This document shows, piece by piece, positions 55,974 to 57,446 of a stretch of 57,446 bases of DNA (position 1 is its first letter; every line of letters starts with the position of its first letter). This stretch comes from a virus (Duplodnaviria; Caudoviricetes), in IMG/VR virus record IMGVR_UViG_3300035139_000059, positions 1 to 57,446 of that record, one strand, 5' to 3'. A model generated the notes under the pieces. That model worked only from the letters and a program-made list of their open reading frames with translations. It did no database searches and was not told the DNA's origin. Made by a program: the position numbers and the translations under genes.

Positions 55974-56156
55974 ATGATTGATTATCCTAATAGTTTGTTT
56001 TGGCTTACTTGTTTATGTGTATTTATAATTGCATCATTATTAATTTGGGCTTTTCTTGCATTATTGGGTTCATATTCTGCAATGAAATATTTTGCAATAA
56101 TTGATTGCATAGGATTTGTAATTTTTTATATTTGGTATAAAAGATTTGATGAATAA
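55974..56156 (+). CDS. Small two-TM membrane protein, paralogue of 1630..1812
   Basis: AAGGAG RBS and shared YPxxLFWL. Confidence 0.6.
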   Translation: MIDYPNSLFWLTCLCVFIIASLLIWAFLALLGSYSAMKYFAIIDCIGFVIFYIWYKRFDE

Positions 56157-56202
56157 AATAATTAAATTTTGAATTAAAATAAATAAAAAAAGGGGAAATA
56201 AT

Positions 56203-56505
56203 ATGAATTATTATCAACAAGGGGATGTTTTAATTAAGGAAGTAGATTATAAACCTGAAGGAAAAGAATTAAATCATTTAATTTTAGCAAAAGGTGAAAA
56301 AACAGGCCATCATCATTCTATAGTAAACGGATTAGGTAAACTTATTATAATGGACAAAGTGATGCACTTGAGTATTTTTTCTAAAAAGGCTACTCTTAAT
56401 CATCAGGAACATGGTGCTATTGATATTCCTAAAGGAAATTATAAAATAGAAATAGTAAGAGAATACGATCATTTTAAAGAAGAAGCAAAACAAGCTTCAG
56501 ATTAA
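56203..56505 (+). CDS. Conserved His-rich beta protein that commonly precedes DUF6745-like genes
   Basis: QQGDVLI, LAKGEKTGHHH and L.HQEH..I.IP.G.Y....REYD. Confidence 0.75.
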   Translation: MNYYQQGDVLIKEVDYKPEGKELNHLILAKGEKTGHHHSIVNGLGKLIIMDKVMHLSIFSKKATLNHQEHGAIDIPKGNYKIEIVREYDHFKEEAKQASD

Positions 56506-56521
56506 TTTTTTGAGAGGGGAT

Positions 56522-57446
56522 ATGATAAAATCTTTAATATTAGAACAAGAAAAGCAGCTTATAAAATTTAGAGATCATTGTTTATCTATAGGGCATTCGA
56601 CAAAATCAATTGATAAATCAAAAAATCAGGAATATATAAATTATATTTATAAAGAATTTTTAAATTTGAAAGCACCATATATCTGGTATATTGATTCGCC
56701 TTTACAATATAATTTGATTATAAATATATTAAACAATCCTTTCAGGGACAATCTTGAGGACAATTTTTGGGCTAATCTTTGGGATAGTCTTGAGGATTAT
56801 TTCTGGGGTAATCTCAAGTCTATTCTCAGGAGCAGTATCGAGGCCAATCCCTGGAACAAACTCAAGGATAATCTTGAGGACAATCTCAGATGCATTTTTG
56901 AAATCAATCTTGAGACCAATCTCAGGGCCAATCTCTGGGACGATCTCAGAGTCAATCTCATAAAATTTAGAGCCAATCTCAAGGATAATCTCGGGGACAA
57001 TCTTAAGGGCAATCTTTGGGATAATCTTTGGGGCAATCTTTGGGCCAATCTTAAGGGCAATCTCTGGGACAATCTCGGGGCCAATCTTAAGGGCAATCTC
57101 TGGGACGATCTCGGGGCCAATCTTGAGGGCAATCTCTGGGACAATCTCAGGGCCAATCTTGAGGGCAATCTTGAAACCAATCTCGATTTATTTTATAATA
57201 TATATTGGTCACATTTAGATATTTATTGGATTTCTTTTTATTTGTTTCCTATGTTTTATTTAAATATTAAATATTCAAAAAAAGAAGAAAAAAGTTTGAG
57301 AATATTATATAATTTATTTCAAAATTGCGGATTTTTGTTTTTTCACAAAAATATTTGTTTTATAACTGAAAGACCGGTAATTCTAAATTTGAATGAAAAA
57401 AATCAATTGCATTCTTATACGCAGCCTGCATTATCTTTTAAAGATG
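56522..57446 (+). CDS. DUF6745-like protein with central tetrapeptide repeats (runs off the end and continues at position 1; not in ORF track)
   Basis: ATG 56522 follows GAGGGG and has no in-frame stop to the window end. It contains SP, (x-x-N-L)n and C..ERP..N..LH..PA..F.D. Confidence 0.8.
   Translation, partial: MIKSLILEQEKQLIKFRDHCLSIGHSTKSIDKSKNQEYINYIYKEFLNLKAPYIWYIDSPLQYNLIINILNNPFRDNLEDNFWANLWDSLEDYFWGNLKSILRSSIEANPWNKLKDNLEDNLRCIFEINLETNLRANLWDDLRVNLIKFRANLKDNLGDNLKGNLWDNLWGNLWANLKGNLWDNLGANLKGNLWDDLGANLEGNLWDNLRANLEGNLETNLDLFYNIYWSHLDIYWISFYLFPMFYLNIKYSKKEEKSLRILYNLFQNCGFLFFHKNICFITERPVILNLNEKNQLHSYTQPALSFKD
56743..57185 (+). repeat. Degenerate 12-bp coding tandem repeat, more than 30 units
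   Basis: NNN-NNN-AAT-CTY units encoding WDNL/KGNL/RANL/EGNL. Confidence 0.9.

Noticed and set aside
56743-57185. CRISPR array, or real genes at 56754..56963 (+) and 56797..57180 (-)
   Set aside because: These are 12-bp tandem coding repeats without spacers. The listed ORFs are shadow frames of the 56522 gene.
1-57446. tRNA, rRNA, integrase or attachment site
   Set aside because: None was recognised by eye. A tRNAscan-SE and HMM run would be needed to exclude them formally.

Overview
This window appears to be a complete, or nearly complete, circularly permuted 57.4 kb genome of an AT-rich tailed phage. The ORF running off the right end continues in frame at position 1. The virion module (about 5.3-30.8 kb, visibly richer in G+C) combines a PBSX-type terminase and an HK97-type head with a Mu-like contractile tail and baseplate and two paralogous tail fibres. 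Upstream of the terminase is a DNA-modification-type locus (adenine/cytosine methyltransferase, ParB-like protein, ABC-ATPase/GNAT fusion, ASCH protein). A divergent early region (32-41 kb) encodes a RuvC-like resolvase, a small ribbon-helix-helix protein, a PD-(D/E)XK exonuclease with a probable annealing partner, and a replication initiator containing 23-bp iterons. I found no integrase, transposase, DNA polymerase, tRNA or CRISPR array. Four things stand out. (1) The region at about 43.2-54.9 kb encodes a nearly complete CMP-nonulosonic-acid (pseudaminic/legionaminic-like) pathway ending in a Maf-type glycosyltransferase with TPRs, which looks like a phage-encoded protein O-glycosylation system. 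(2) An intact twister ribozyme (32484-32537, minus strand) and a core-deleted sister copy each close a repeated promoter-ORF-UUCG hairpin-ribozyme cassette. (3) Short templated duplications are pervasive, including an in-frame 90-bp copy of the ABC-ATPase signature/Walker B region inside the sugar aminotransferase. (4) A GFxxGF peptide motif is shared by three unrelated neck and baseplate proteins. All family assignments come from reading motifs by eye, not from database searches.
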